A DNA stretch of 64,000 nt, taken from Octopus vulgaris (lineage: Eukaryota). A model generated the notes under the pieces. That model was not told where the DNA came from, made no database searches, and worked only from the letters and a program-made list of their open reading frames with translations. Both the position numbers and the translations under genes were made by a program. This document shows, in pieces, positions 40,920 through 55,162 of this stretch (its first letter is position 1; every line of letters begins with the position of its first letter). The stretch covers positions 37,572,001 through 37,636,000 of the forward strand of contig OX597826.1 of the NCBI GenBank assembly GCA_951406725.2. Reading direction: 5' to 3'.

Positions 40920-41139
40920 TTTTGTTAAACATTAACATCTCTTCTCCATTTTTAACATATGTTGAGTTTCTATGGGATAACTTTCCATAAATTCTCATAA
41001 CACACCATATACATTTAATAATTTCATATTCGCAAAAAACCTTACGCCAGTAAGCTACCAGCAAAATATGAAGAATCTTTGTTAGAAATCTCCTTTAGGA
41101 ACACTCCAAAGTAAAGAATGAAATATAATTCAACCTCTC

Positions 41140-41192
<53 letters not shown>

Positions 41193-41257
41193 GTATGTAT
41201 ACATGTGTGTACGTACGTAAGCATACATATATTTGTGTGTGTATATGTATAGCTATA

Positions 41258-41279
<22 letters not shown>

Positions 41280-41290
<11 letters not shown>

Positions 41291-42084
41291 AGCTGAAGTT
41301 GTCGCTGTGTGTGTATGGCAGGTTTGGTAGCTTTCAACTAACTCCTCCGAGAACCTGCGGCGCAAGTTGACCAAAATTGAGAGTATGATAGAAGAAGGCT
41401 TATTCTTCATTCCGTAGAAGCAAAAATTCAAATCAGACCATCTTAAGACCAAAAATTATTTACATCAAAAAGGTGCTTTTTTTCTATGAAAATCCCTATT
41501 TTCTATGATTTTTTGACTGCTCTGTCGCCATTTCAACCAGAAAAAGTGCTATCTGCATGTTGTTACTATCGACGATGTTCAAGTCAAACCTTCAATGGGT
41601 ATGTTTTGATTTTACAGATTTTTTTTGGTTATACGTGATGTAAAATAGTCGATTTTATTCATTTTACAGGCACAACCACGATTCATGTTGCCCACCCGTT
41701 TGGCTTCAAAATAACATTTTTTCGGGGTTTTTTTTGTAACCACCAACTGTTCTTACTAACGTCTTGGATTTTCCTGTACTTTTTCTTAATGAATACCGTT
41801 GCAGTGTTAACTTCTTAATAGATTTTCAGTGCAGTTCGAAATTTGAGCTTCACTTTGCTTTCATTTTTTCTCCATAATCTTACTAGAATATTAACCAACA
41901 ATACCAACAACTGACGTCGGCATCACACATTTGCAGTACATTCAGAGCAAACTCGAGCATTGCCACACTATACTTTTATTCATAGATTGAAACTATGTCA
42001 AAACTTTGTTAACGCGACATCAAAGTCTGGCATTTTAAGCGCAACTAAAAAACAAACATGAGCAACGCCGGGCTATACTGCTAG
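41280..42084 (+). mobile_element. Non-autonomous Helitron in (TA)n
   Basis: 5' tatatataaagctgaagttgtc...tgtgtgtg start; 3' decayed GC hairpin gagcaacgccggg followed by ctatactgCTAG|T. Confidence 0.7.
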
Positions 42085-43131
42085 TATATATATATATATA
42101 TATATATATACATAACAAAAAGGCCAAACTGTACTTACTAGAACATAGCACTAAATTTCTGTGGACAACAGTTTTATGTTTTATTTATCATTGCAAATTT
42201 CCTTTTTATCATCAACTCTACAATTTTAATTAATATTTTCATTTTCACTGAAGTAATACAGGTATTTTTACCTCGCTAGACGTACAAATGACAATAAAAA
42301 ACACATCAGGATAATTTAATAATATCAAACAGAAAACTGATCAGGTCTAATTGTTACGTTAAATTGATCACTTAAATTACTACTACTACTACTACTACTG
42401 CTACTACTACTACTACTACTACTATTGCTGCTGCTGCTGCAACTACTGCTACTTCTACTACTACTACTACCACCACGACCACCGCCACGACCGCTATTAC
42501 TACAATTACAATTACTACAGAAACCTTATTTATTATTCCATTCCAAGAAGTCTTCTAAAATTTTCTGTTGCCAAACAATATTTGTGAATTTATATATATG
42601 AGCAGACATATGTTTTTCGTTATCACTGTATTATTATCGTAATTATCGTTGCTTTTGTTGCTGGTTTACTGTTCAGCTATGGCTTTGCCAGACCAATGCG
42701 ATTGAAGTAGTCAACTGGGAATGCTTGTTTTGGTGGAATAATGTACTAAACAAGCATATGGTCCAGTTATCACGGTGTTGTATTTATACATATTTCATCG
42801 ATCCCCTACTGTGAATGAAAGGTTAAAGCAACGTTGGTCAGGCTTGATCACAGAAACGCAACAGAGTAAAAACATTGGTGAATTATCGAATTTAATAATT
42901 GTATAAGTTAGCAAAGTGTCAAATTGTCATCTGAAAGGTCGATGACTTCCATCGAGCTGTGTTCCTGATCAAGAGAAATATTTCTTTCTGGAACAGTCCA
43001 CCTGATCATAAGTAGACAGTTGGTATTATTTGTAGGTAGAGGCGAAAGCTATGCTTATGGGATTTACAGTAAGACAAGCGAGTGTCAGACGTAAGGTTTG
43101 CTTACTTCGAATTCACCCGTGTGGCTGGTTG

Positions 43132-43205
<74 letters not shown>

Positions 43206-43400
43206 TTTGGTACAAGGACAGCAAGTTTGGGGGAATGGGTAAGCCAATTTCATTGACACTGAATTGCTACTTATTTTATAGACCCTCAGATGGATGAAAA
43301 GTAAAGTCGACCTCGGCGGAATTTGAACTCGTAACATAAAAACGGATGAAATGCTGCTAAGCATTTTGCCCGGCGTGCTAACGATTCCACCAACCCGCCT
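43132..43400 (-). mobile_element. tRNA-derived SINE (43207-43400) with adjacent (TTA)n tail (43132-43205)
   Basis: The reverse complement aggcgggttggtggaatcgttagcacgccgggcaaaatgc...gagttcaaattccgccgaggtcgac matches the 39037 family. Confidence 0.88.
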
Positions 43401-44612
43401 AATAATGATCTTTTCTACTATAGGTTAATAGCCTGAAATTTTGGGAGTTCAAATTCTGCCCAAGGATACAAATTCCGCGGACGGTCAGAACTCATCACAG
43501 AACACGTTACTACAATTAATTATGAAAGCGTAATTAATACCACGTAACTACAATTAATTATGGAAGTGGCAATGTGTGTAAGTGGTGCGACCATTTGCTC
43601 CTGGTGTCGATCGATGATGATCAATAATGATAAGTTTGAAATCAAAATTCAATCACATTTTGAGGCAATGCATTTCGATCATCCTTTCAGTTATTTTATT
43701 GTTTTGTAATTATGTAATGAGGAATGTGGACGTTGCGTCAATGTCTTTTCAAGCCATTCCAAACTGGTTTGGTCAGTGCACTGCAAAATTCACTTGCAAT
43801 AAAGCATGAGAACAATACCAACCATTTCTGTGAGAAACCGCCGTCAATTTTGTAATAATAACAGGAAACAGAAATTACAAAATTCTCGCTGCCCAAAGGA
43901 CACTTTAAGTAATAGCAACAACAGCACCATCACAATTATCATCATCAATAGCAAGGATAAGGGCAACAACAACAAAAAATATTAAAAAATAACAACAAAG
44001 AAAATTTCATGCCAAATTGATGCAGAAAATATTTTTACTTCCTTTTTTATCTTAAATTAATTTCCATAAACAAAATACTGAAAGGATTGAATCATATACA
44101 AGTGCGATATCCAGATTTGCCTCATCAACCGTTCATTCACTTCCAGTCTCTTCTATATTTCTCTATTTTGCTTTTTGCTTTCTCTATTTTTTAATATTTT
44201 CTTTGTCCCCACACCTTAACGCTTCCTTATTCCATTGAACGAACACAACCTTCGAGATTTTCCAGTATTCTTCTCAAGTACCAACACACCTTCACCGCCT
44301 CCCCCTCCAGCACCTCTTATTTCTCGTCACTTCACAGAACATTCCTTCGACAGATTTCTTTAATTTTTTCTTGTTCTGTTCCCCTTTCCTTCTTATTTCT
44401 TTCTTATACTCTGCGTCACTTCAACAACTTCTATTGCACCTGCTCCCTCAATTCACTTCCAATGCCCACTTTTGCCAACTAATACCAATTATGGAGATGT
44501 ATGGCCCGCTCCCTTCCTCTTATTCTCTCTGTCTCCGTGAATTCATCTTCTCAACAAGTTCAAATCCTTCTTCTTCCTAATATTTATTTTCATCTATTAC
44601 GTTACTTTCACC

Positions 44613-44671
<59 letters not shown>

Positions 44672-47600
44672 GCTACTGCTGCTGCTGCTGTTGCTTCTGC
44701 TACTGCTGCTACTGCTGCTACTGCTACTACTTTCTCATTTGGCTCAAAGCCAACGAACTTAATGCAAAGGTGTAAGTCGAAACCACCCATCGATCCCAAC
44801 AGTCTACGGGTACTTTATTTTATCAGGTCCGAATCGATGAAGGAGTTCCCATAAAGCTGCGATCTAGTCTCATTTAAAGTTTAGTATTCTGTTATAAGAT
44901 TTAAACTCTATAGCTAAAACAAATTTTAACATTTTCATGTCAAAGAACAATTCTTTTGTTCTTGTCATACTAACAACATCACTGCCTTTGGCAATTGTCG
45001 GCTGCTACATCCAAAGATACAAGTCAAATAGATTTTTTATTCTATATTTATAATCTCATTCTAATATTTCACGAATATACTTATTTCTTAACTCTCACAC
45101 CTTGGATATTAAGTACAATAAGATTAGACTTTATTAAAACCTCTAAAATTTAAATCTAAATTTGATTTTCAGATTTAACCATCTTTGAAGTATGCTATAA
45201 TTTTTTAATTCACATAGGATATTGTTCCAAATATTATAGTAAATATTCTTATATTTCAGCCAAATATTGAAAAATGATCAAATTATATAAATTGCATACA
45301 AGTTAGTAGTAAATAATAAATAAATAAATAAATAAATAAATACAACAGAACTAAAATGGTCTCATTAAATATTCATTTTTTTACTATAAAATTACATCTA
45401 TAAGTTTTTTCCCCCTCTATCTTTTCACAGAAGAAATAGTAATTAATCTTTCAATGTTGCAGAGACCCTATATCAGACGTTTTGAAAGGCTCTATTTCTC
45501 CTGGCTTTCTGAATTCTGAGTGCACAAATTAGCGCCGTCAATTTTGCTTTACATCGTTTCGTGATCGATAAATAAAGTATAAACAAGAGGAAGAGATGGA
45601 CAGAAGAATTACTATACCAGATAAATGCCTTCGGGTATCTCTTCTGTTTTTTTTTTATGTGTGTGTGTGTATTTTGAGCTAAATTCTGGTTGATTATTCA
45701 AATCATTCCGATACCTTTATCATCACCCGTCATGGAAGAAAGAATGAAATTGAATTGGAATGGGCGGTAAAATCGGCAAACATCTTCAAACTGACAGCCT
45801 TTCTATTGCCTCAATACATATATGACCATCGAACTTGTGGTAAATTCTCCACATTAGTCAAACACATTTGCGAAAGGACTAAGGATTTTAGAAATTTGGG
45901 AAGAAACCTTGACAGCAAAGAAATGCCGCCGACAACGACAATACAATTAATCTCACCTTAGTATCCAATTTCTATCACAGACAACTCTTTAATAGAAGAC
46001 TTCCTACATTGTCTGATATTCATTGCCATATATGGAAAAAAATGCCAGTACTTCAGGACAGAAAGCTGATTAGAATCACATTGTACATCTTATTCCATAG
46101 GCAGCAGCATTTCAAATCGGGAAATAAATCCACTGCCCCGAGAAAATAAGATTAGTCTAACGCCCTCACGCCACCCCAACAATGCGATTATCCATTAGCA
46201 TTGGTAAGCATTCACATCTATCTGATGAATGCTCATCTTCGAACCGTTACACTTCTTGGTTTCCCCACCGCTGAACATTCATCTCACCATTTCAACGTTT
46301 TGTATTTCTATTTACCAATGCAGATACCACCATTAGTTTCTCCGAATTCAGTTGCTTCACTACTTCATATGCAGACTTTTCACTACCAACTAGCATATTC
46401 CTCAAACTCTATAGTCTTCGAGAAAGTTTTCAATAATTACAAGAAAGGCTTCCCATTGTCTTAGCTCTGTAGAATCAAATTTCTCTTCAGACTTTTGAAT
46501 AATGAATTACTTTTTACGAATTATTCTGGTGACAATTTTGGCTTCTCATTTCAAGCTTTCAAATGTTTCCATTCAATATCTGAACTGAATTCCATTTTAA
46601 ACAAAATATCTTTGAAAATTCTTCATTTAAATTAATGATGTATGAAAGTATGAAACCAAAGAATATCTTTGTATGTACTGTGTATTTCTTCAATCATCTA
46701 AGTCTCTTCATTATTCCATCAGCCCCACAGACTTTTTCTCGAAGATTTAGAAAAACATACATTCTTTACAGAAAACATACCCAATAAATATTACAGACGT
46801 TTTTACAGCAAGCCATATTTATATATGGGTTTTGTATAAATGAAAAATATGATTCTTTTTATGCCATCAGGCAATTTTCATTTTGACTTCTATTCACAAT
46901 TTATCATTGCTAGATTAATGAAAAGTAATATGCATAAGATGTTCCAAATTGTGATGAACATAATTATATTTAAGTGGTGTGTTGATTAAAACATTCCAGC
47001 ATCGCGTGATAGAAGGTAAATGTCTTAGACAAAACATCCCTTTCAATCGGAATAAGAGAATGGCGTCAACACTTATTTTATGCTGTTCAAAAATATGTGT
47101 GACATCAAAATTTATTCAATTTATGTGCATGGTTTAACCCTCCATAATTGCAAAGAACGTGTGAAGAAGATTATTGAGTCTAAATTGGTTTAACAAAATT
47201 TATATAAATGTGTAAGTCGGTAGATTGTGTGACAGAAAAAAGTAAAACGCTTTTTAAGCAATTTCGTTTCACATCTCTAATTTTTAAGTTAAAAACTAGC
47301 ATTTTTTCAAAAGTCTTGACTTCGATTTTTGTGTGTTGTAGATGTATTTTAGAACCATTCTGAGTCACTATGCCCTTCACCTACAAATGCATATATTTGA
47401 AACGCCGAGCAAGACCTTAATATGATCTGAGGACAACTATTGTTCTCTTTAGATTCATTAATCAGTATATGAATTTTAATTAGATTTTATAAAACGTATA
47501 TGAAACTCTGCAAATAAGTTATTTTGCTCGGGTCTGCAACACACGTACTAGACTACGGAGTGAAATTGGGCGAAACGATTTCTATTTAACTCTCTACGGA

Positions 47601-48136
47601 AACTAAAATTCAAATTTTAAATATTCTGAGACAAGACGGATTTCTTTTCCCCAATGCCGACCGTCACTGGTTTCTTGTGATCGAGCTATTTATTTTACCG
47701 AATATTATATTTATAGCAATAGGGAATGGAAAACACTTTAGTAGATGAGACTTTACTGCAATTAGTTAATACTAGTATGATATAAGACAACAACACAAGA
47801 ATTACCTTTGATGCCAACCGTCCGAGTGGTAATGAACTAAATCATATAGTATTATCTAACTTTAACAAGTTACTATGTCATTCTTTAATGTTCATTTCAC
47901 TTAAAAGGACGTGAAATTTAAGGAAAACGCAACCATAACTTTATGTGTGTGTGTGTGCGTGTGTGTGTGTGTGTGTGTGTATGTGTGTGTGTACGTAGTT
48001 AGCTTTAATTTCATTTGTTTACTGCTGAACTATGCATTTACGCTCGCGCACAAAGTTTGAAAGCAAAACGGATAAAGATGTTGATGCTTTGTGCACGTGT
48101 TTTCGGTACGTATTTGCAACAACATAATTATTCATT

Positions 48137-48224
48137 AATTAGCGATTTCGCTGACGAGCCACAGATTCCAAATTAATTTACTTTGGAGATTAATGGCGAA
48201 ATTCGAATTCGGGATTAACTAATT
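48137..48224 (+). ncRNA. Type I hammerhead ribozyme (complete catalytic core)
   Basis: Stem I aattag-cg-atttcg / cgggat-taa-ctaatt; CTGACGA at 48151-48157; stem II GCCA/TGGC enclosing a tccaaa/tttgga hairpin; GAAA at 48198-48201; palindromic stem III attcgaat; AUU cleavage triplet ending at 48209. Confidence 0.8.
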
Positions 48225-48286
48225 CACTTTTTTTTGCTCGTTCTGGTGTTATAATCGGCGTGCCCATGAATTCTTCTTTTCGTAGT

Positions 48287-48601
48287 GGCACCTTGAGTAA
48301 GTGTCTTCTACTATAGCCTCGGGCCGACCAAAGCCTTGTGAGTGGGTTTGGTTGACGGGAACTGAAAGATGCCCGTCGTATATATGTGGGGGGGGGGTTG
48401 TCTTTGTTTGTTCCCCCAACATCGCCTGACAGCCGATGTTGGTGTGTTTACGTCCCCGTAACTTAGCAGTTCGGCCGACAGAATAAGTACTAGGCTTACA
48501 AAGAATAAGTCTTGTGGTCGATTTGTCCGACTAAAGGCGGTGCTCCAGCATGGCCGCAGTCAAATGACTGAAACCAGTAAAAGACTAAAAGAATAGAAGA
48601 A
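48287..48601 (+). mobile_element. 5'-truncated SINE with CR1-type 3' tail
   Basis: gtggcaccttgagtaagtgtcttctactatagcc...ggcggtgctccagcatggccgcagtcaaatgactgaaac, then an A-rich repeated tail. Partial copies occur at 4514, about 30500 and 35885. Confidence 0.88.
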
Positions 48602-49039
48602 TATATATTATATTATGTTATATTAATTTACGTTATATTTTATTAACTGCCCTATACACAAAATTACTTTTTATTCATGTTCCCTGTACATCAGCCTTAC
48701 CTGAGTGAGGATTTTGAGATATATAAATCTCTGCGAGAAAAGACATCATTCTATCCCGTTGCTCCACGCTTCTCTATTTATGGAGAAAAGAATACTGCAA
48801 GTAGCCCCACCACGAGTCTTACTGTAGTAAATCTCATCCGATTCTGAAAGAGAGAGAAAACAGAATCAACTCCACAACATGAGTGCTGCTTTATTTATCG
48901 ACACACTGAAAAGAAAAACTGAAATCGGTTGTACTTGAACATAGATCACAGAAAGCCGAGTCAAATACCAGGGCATTCTCTCCGACGCTCTATAGCCATT
49001 AATAATAATTCTGCTTGTCATTGCGTTACTTAACCCAAC

Positions 49040-49550
49040 GGTAACACTTTCACGTGATTAGAGAGAGAGAGTGAAAGAAAAGAAGGAAAGAGAAAAAGAG
49101 GGAGAGAGAGAAAAAGAAGGAGAGAGAGAAGCGTCCATGACGTGGGGTAGAGAGATTGTAAATGTAACGTTTTCACGTGATTAGTTGAAGGGAAGGAAAG
49201 AAAAAAGAAAAGGAAGAGAGAAAAAGATGATAAGGCGAAGAGTGAGATATAGATAGAGGGAGAAAGAAAAAGAGGGAGAGATGAAGAAGAACGTAATATC
49301 TATTACGTGGTTAAAAAAGTTAGTTGAAGGCAGTGATATTGAGAAGGTGAGTTTAAGATATAATTTTAGCAGAGGGGTGATGTTCTGATGGTGAGATTTA
49401 AGAAAAGCACAGAGAGAGGGAAGAGAGAGAGAAAAAGAGGGAGAGAGAGGGTGAGAGAAGGGAGGGTGAGAGAGGGGAGAGTGAGAGAGGGGAGGGTGAG
49501 AGATGGGAGAGTGAGAGAGGGGAGGGTGAGAGAGGAGAGGGTGAGAGAGA
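49040..49550 (+). repeat. Purine-rich region with diverged ~120-bp repeats and a 15-bp G-rich minisatellite
   Basis: gtaac...tttcacgtgattag occurs at about 49041 and 49164; GGGAG(G/A)GTGAGAGAG units span about 49440-49548. Confidence 0.75.
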
Positions 49551-51531
49551 CATGATTGGTGATTGGATAGTGAAAAGTGTATTTTTTTACATTGAAGTAA
49601 GTTTTTTATATCACTTAATGCATGTCCACACGTACAATTCCGTGAAATATTCACGCTAATTTACGCGGCAGACATATGCAATTTAACTAAAGACTGTATC
49701 ATATGTACGGGATTAGTTTTTTATTTATGGAAAAAATGGAAAGTAAGAGTGAATATTACTTTATGAGTGCTGTGTATTAAGTCTCTAAAATTGTGCATAA
49801 AGTATATAATGTGAAGTAAATAATCATCGTATTCCAATTTCTTTCACTTTTCAATGAATAGCAGATGAGTGACTATCTTTCTATACAAATACAACACATG
49901 CTACTCTTTCAGTTTTTTTGGGGGATACAGTTTTCAGAAATAACCCAATAGGTTTACCATTAATTCCGTTAGATATTCCCGGCTCCCGCTAGTAATTACA
50001 TAATATCTATATGCCTATATTATACAAACCTCACTACAATAAAGAGATTGATATTTAATCGAATTTTACAAAGTAATATTTGGTATTTCAATCTTCGGAT
50101 ATATACGAAAGCACGTGTTTAGTAAATGAACTTGGACTGTCGTCTGATGTGATCAGCTTCATATTATATCCAGTAATTGAATTGTAGACTATTTATATGA
50201 ACCTATAACATATCAGATGGTGGTCGACCATGTATAATACATGAGCGTATAATTATTGCCAGCATTGGTAATGAAAGTATATACTGGTCCTCTCAAGGAA
50301 ACTATCATCAACCTCATACCACATCATCTTAATACCACCTACCATCAATTTAATACCACAAAATCCAGCAGTAAATATCGATCATATGATGCTACTTTTA
50401 ATCGTAGTTCCTATTTTTCAATGGTATCTTCCTAAGCCAAAGTTCCCGTTTACAACGGTTTTCTCGTTGGGCACTAAATCATTCAAGATGGCGAGGTAGC
50501 AAAATAGTTGCATGTCAGACAGAGTAAATACTTGTTGGTAATCTCTTGTGATCTATACAGTTTTTTAAATCCAAATGCGGCCGATTTTTGCTCTTCATAT
50601 TTCCAAGATTAGTATAATTAAGTATAAATTCGAAGCAGTGAACTCACACGTTCTTCCAATAATTACATACTATGTTTTATGATACATTTTCCTATTGTTT
50701 AATTTTCGGATATCTTAGCAAATATTGTGATTTTGTATGTATCAAGCCAATATGGTGTATTGCAAAAACAATAAGCGAAAGAAGGTTACGACATGCTGAA
50801 TTTAATGTTTTCTATCAGATCACGTTACTTGTCAAGAAAATCTGGAAGGGCTGGTTGTCTTCCGGCTCGCAGAAAGGAGAAAAAACACCATCTTCCTAGT
50901 GACATTGACAACTGAAGGAGAGCAGCCAAATAATATAGATCTTCAGCGAAATCCCTTTCAAATCACATCCCAAAGTTTGAGATGAAATATAGCAAAACTT
51001 ACGGTATAGACATGTCTAGAATGTTTTCAATCGTAAGTTGTCTCAATGAACATCGATGACCGGTTATTAAACAAAGAATGTCACTTAAGTCTAGAGCCAT
51101 TTCTTTCTAATGTACCAACGTTAATCGGATGAAACGCCAGTATCCCACGTAGATAAAATGCCGCATTATATCAGCAACATTTTTCCAGCAATAACAGCCA
51201 AGATGAACACTGTGATATAAACAGATCGTCATTGGTTTTATATTCATGATGTATACTACTACTATGGTTTAATGAACAAAAGTATGTACTCGAAACCGTG
51301 TTCTCTATGCCCCTTGTTGTGCATGTTTTCTCTTAGACATCTGAACTTTTCTGTATCGAATAAAGAAATATATTCTATTTTATATGTTTTATATCTATCG
51401 TACATATGGAGAATTCTAGATCCAATTTCAATGAATTTCACCAATTTTCTATAAATACTCACACATCTTGGTATGAGGGTTCTCACGCCCTCACTCACTC
51501 ACTCACCCTATTTCTACTACTCTCGCTTTCT

Positions 51532-51600
<69 letters not shown>

Positions 51601-52476
51601 ATATGTATATGCGTGTGTCTATGTGCGTTTGTGTACATATATACATGTATGCAATATATGCATATACATAACTTGTATATTTGCATGTTTGTATGTATGT
51701 ATGTATGCGGGTGACTACTATATTTATTAAAAAAATCTATCATGTATTCACAACACATTTGGGCAAAGAAAAGCCACATAAGATGGGCGCCATATCTGAG
51801 TGCGTAAAGAGGTTTGTATAGAATAGCACTTTGGATCAATTTTATTTTATCAATAAGGTTATTATGAGTGGCGGTCTTGGCGTTATTAGCCGCTGTCTAG
51901 CTTATTGATTTGTTGTGCTGAACGTTTCGTTATGTGCTGATATAATTTCACTGTCGACATTAATAGTGTTTTAATCGGTAAATCTTGTATTTACAACAAA
52001 ATTGAATTGATGCAGTTAAGCGAAAAGCTTTGTGCGATATTCAATAAAAAAATATTTCTCAAGATAAATCCATATAAAACAAAGCCATACCGATTCACTG
52101 ATGTGTCGTTTGTTTTGTAAAAGTATAAATTGGATAAAACAATCTCCTTCTCTCACCATCTATCCCTCGCTGTCTCTTCTTTATCTCTCTAAATCTTCAA
52201 TTCCTCATGTTAACGCTCTCTTCTCTACCTCTCGCTGTATTTCTCTCGCTCGCTTTCTAGAAAATTCATTTTTATATTTAAAAGTTTGTACATATTATTC
52301 CCCTTTTGTTTCTTTCATTTTGTTTTTTGTGAGTTACAGCATGAATAAGCATCAACCCGTAGCTGTTTGAAAAGCGAGCAGAAACATGTCACGGAAGACA
52401 TTTTGAATAAAATCATTTCTATGGTACACAAAAAAATGAATGGTAGAAAATAATATAAATTCATAAAAACAATTGT

Positions 52477-53150
<674 letters not shown>

Positions 53151-53289
53151 ATTAGTAATATAATTAGGAAATAAAGTCGATACGGATCGCCAACTTGAAA
53201 GTGGTGGGCCAGAATAACTGGATTCCAGTGCTTGAAACCAGTAAACATATATACACACACACACACTCAAACGTGCGTGAGTGTGTATG

Positions 53290-53327
<38 letters not shown>

Positions 53328-53486
53328 CCAGACAGTGTAATTGTATTGCATTCTATACGTAAAGCATAAGCGACGAATGCAAAGATAAGTTAATATTCAT
53401 ACAAATCAAACGGATGACTGAGTAATCAAGTAAGTGTATAAATAGAAGATGAAGTAATCAGTAGGTGGATGTGAAATAAGTTGTAT

Positions 53487-53539
53487 GACTTAATTCCATG
53501 ATCGCTTTCGTGTTAACACACGTCATCAGACGTAATGTC
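53487..53539 (-). ncRNA. Minimal type I hammerhead ribozyme candidate
   Basis: Minus strand reads gac-attacgt-CTGATGA-c-gtgt(gtta)acac-GAAA-gcga-TC-atggaat-taa-gtc. Stem I has one mismatch; the cleavage triplet is AUC. Confidence 0.65.
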
Positions 53540-54420
53540 TTGTCTTGTCATCGATAAATTGTGAGTCAGACACGAGAACGAAAGAGTATACCATGCTTAC
53601 CAGGGGAGACTGGAGATGAATTTATCCGTTTGCTAAACAATGTCTTGTCGATATGAATGCATGTGTATTGGTTGGACGTCCTTTATTATATTATGTAGAG
53701 ATTCCCAAGAATTCATTAAAAAACAGACCCAATCACTGCTATAATCTATAACGGGTCACTTTTAGGTCACTTGACCATTTAACATCCTACTATTATCATA
53801 CCACTTACATTCCATCTTATTCTCCCTTTTCTTTCTCCTTCTTCTTATTCGTCTTCTTCCTCTCCGCCACCTCCTTCCTAACTTTACTACTATTGCTGTA
53901 TAGAATAACACGTACGCAAATTTTATAAACAAGACATTCAAAAGGGATGTCTCAAGAATTCAATCACTACTGCCATCCACAAGTCACTTTCAGGGCACTT
54001 GATCATTTAACATCCTACTACTATCATGGCACTCCTGCATTCTTCCTCTCCTCCTCCTTCTTTTTCTTCTTCTTCTTCTTCTTCTTCTTCTTCTTCTTCT
54101 TCTTCTTCTCCCCCACCTTATTCTTCTTCTTCCTCCCTGCCAAGAATTCACAACGACCTTGAACCCACAAGACCAAACAAGAAAGACAGAGACAGACAGA
54201 AACAACGAAAATGCCCCTTCTATTTGAATATTATGCAAATATTCTTTTCAAAACTTTTCTTCTAATTTTCCCAAAATTTAATTGCTTTGCATACTTACAT
54301 TTGAAAAAGTCTCAATGACTGAAACTGGTACTGAAATGTTTTTATAAAATTATTTCAGCATTTTCTACCTTGACTTTTTTTCCATATATATCAACTCGTG
54401 TTTCCCTTTCAAGCTTCTGC

Positions 54421-54452
<32 letters not shown>

Positions 54453-54478
54453 ATGTTTGTGTAAGTGTGTGTGTGTGT

Positions 54479-54762
54479 GGAGTCACATGGCCTAGAGGTT
54501 AGAGCGGTCGAGGGATCGCGGGTTCGAATCTCAGACCGGGCGATGTGTGTTTTTATGAGCGAAACACCTAAGCTCCACGCGGCTCCGGCAGAAGGTAATG
54601 GCGAACTTCTGCTGACACTTTCGCCACAACTTTCTCTCACTCTTTCCTTCTGCATCTTGCAGCTTACATGCGACAGACTGGCGCCCCGTCCAGGTGGGGA
54701 ACTTATAGGCCAAATAAATCAGGAAACCAGCCCTATGCTCCACAAGGGGCAAAAAGGATTAA
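54479..54762 (+). mobile_element. tRNA-derived SINE sharing head and body with 2033-2420 but with a different 3' part
   Basis: TGGCCTAGAGG and GGTTCGAATCTC boxes; gagcgaaacacctaagctccacgcggctccggcag...tttctctcactctt aligns with the first SINE, then diverges (gcgacagactggcgccccgtccagg). Confidence 0.88.
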
Positions 54763-54766
54763 GAAG

Positions 54767-54797
<31 letters not shown>

Positions 54798-55022
54798 AAT
54801 GTTCAGTTTGTAGGAAAGATCCAGGGGATAATTACAAGGTAAGCAGATGTCACATAAGTGTCTTAGAAATCACTGATCACACTTGTGCGGGAGTCAATTC
54901 CGGGGAGAAGCGAGACATACTTTGGAGAACGTATGAAAACTTGAAAATGGAGACATAAGCTCAATACATTATCAAATCATTTATATCTACATATCATAAC
55001 ATCTTGAGCTTTTGTCTCCATA

Positions 55023-55054
<32 letters not shown>

Positions 55055-55162
55055 CGTATGTATGTATGTATGTATGTATGTATGTATGTATGTATGTATG
55101 TATGTATGTATGTATGCATGCATGTATGTATGTATGTATGTATGTATGTATGTGTATATGTA

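Noticed and set aside
46222-46250. Hammerhead-like ctgatgaa...cgaaccgtt
   Set aside because: No stem II or stem I pairing, and GAAA is broken.
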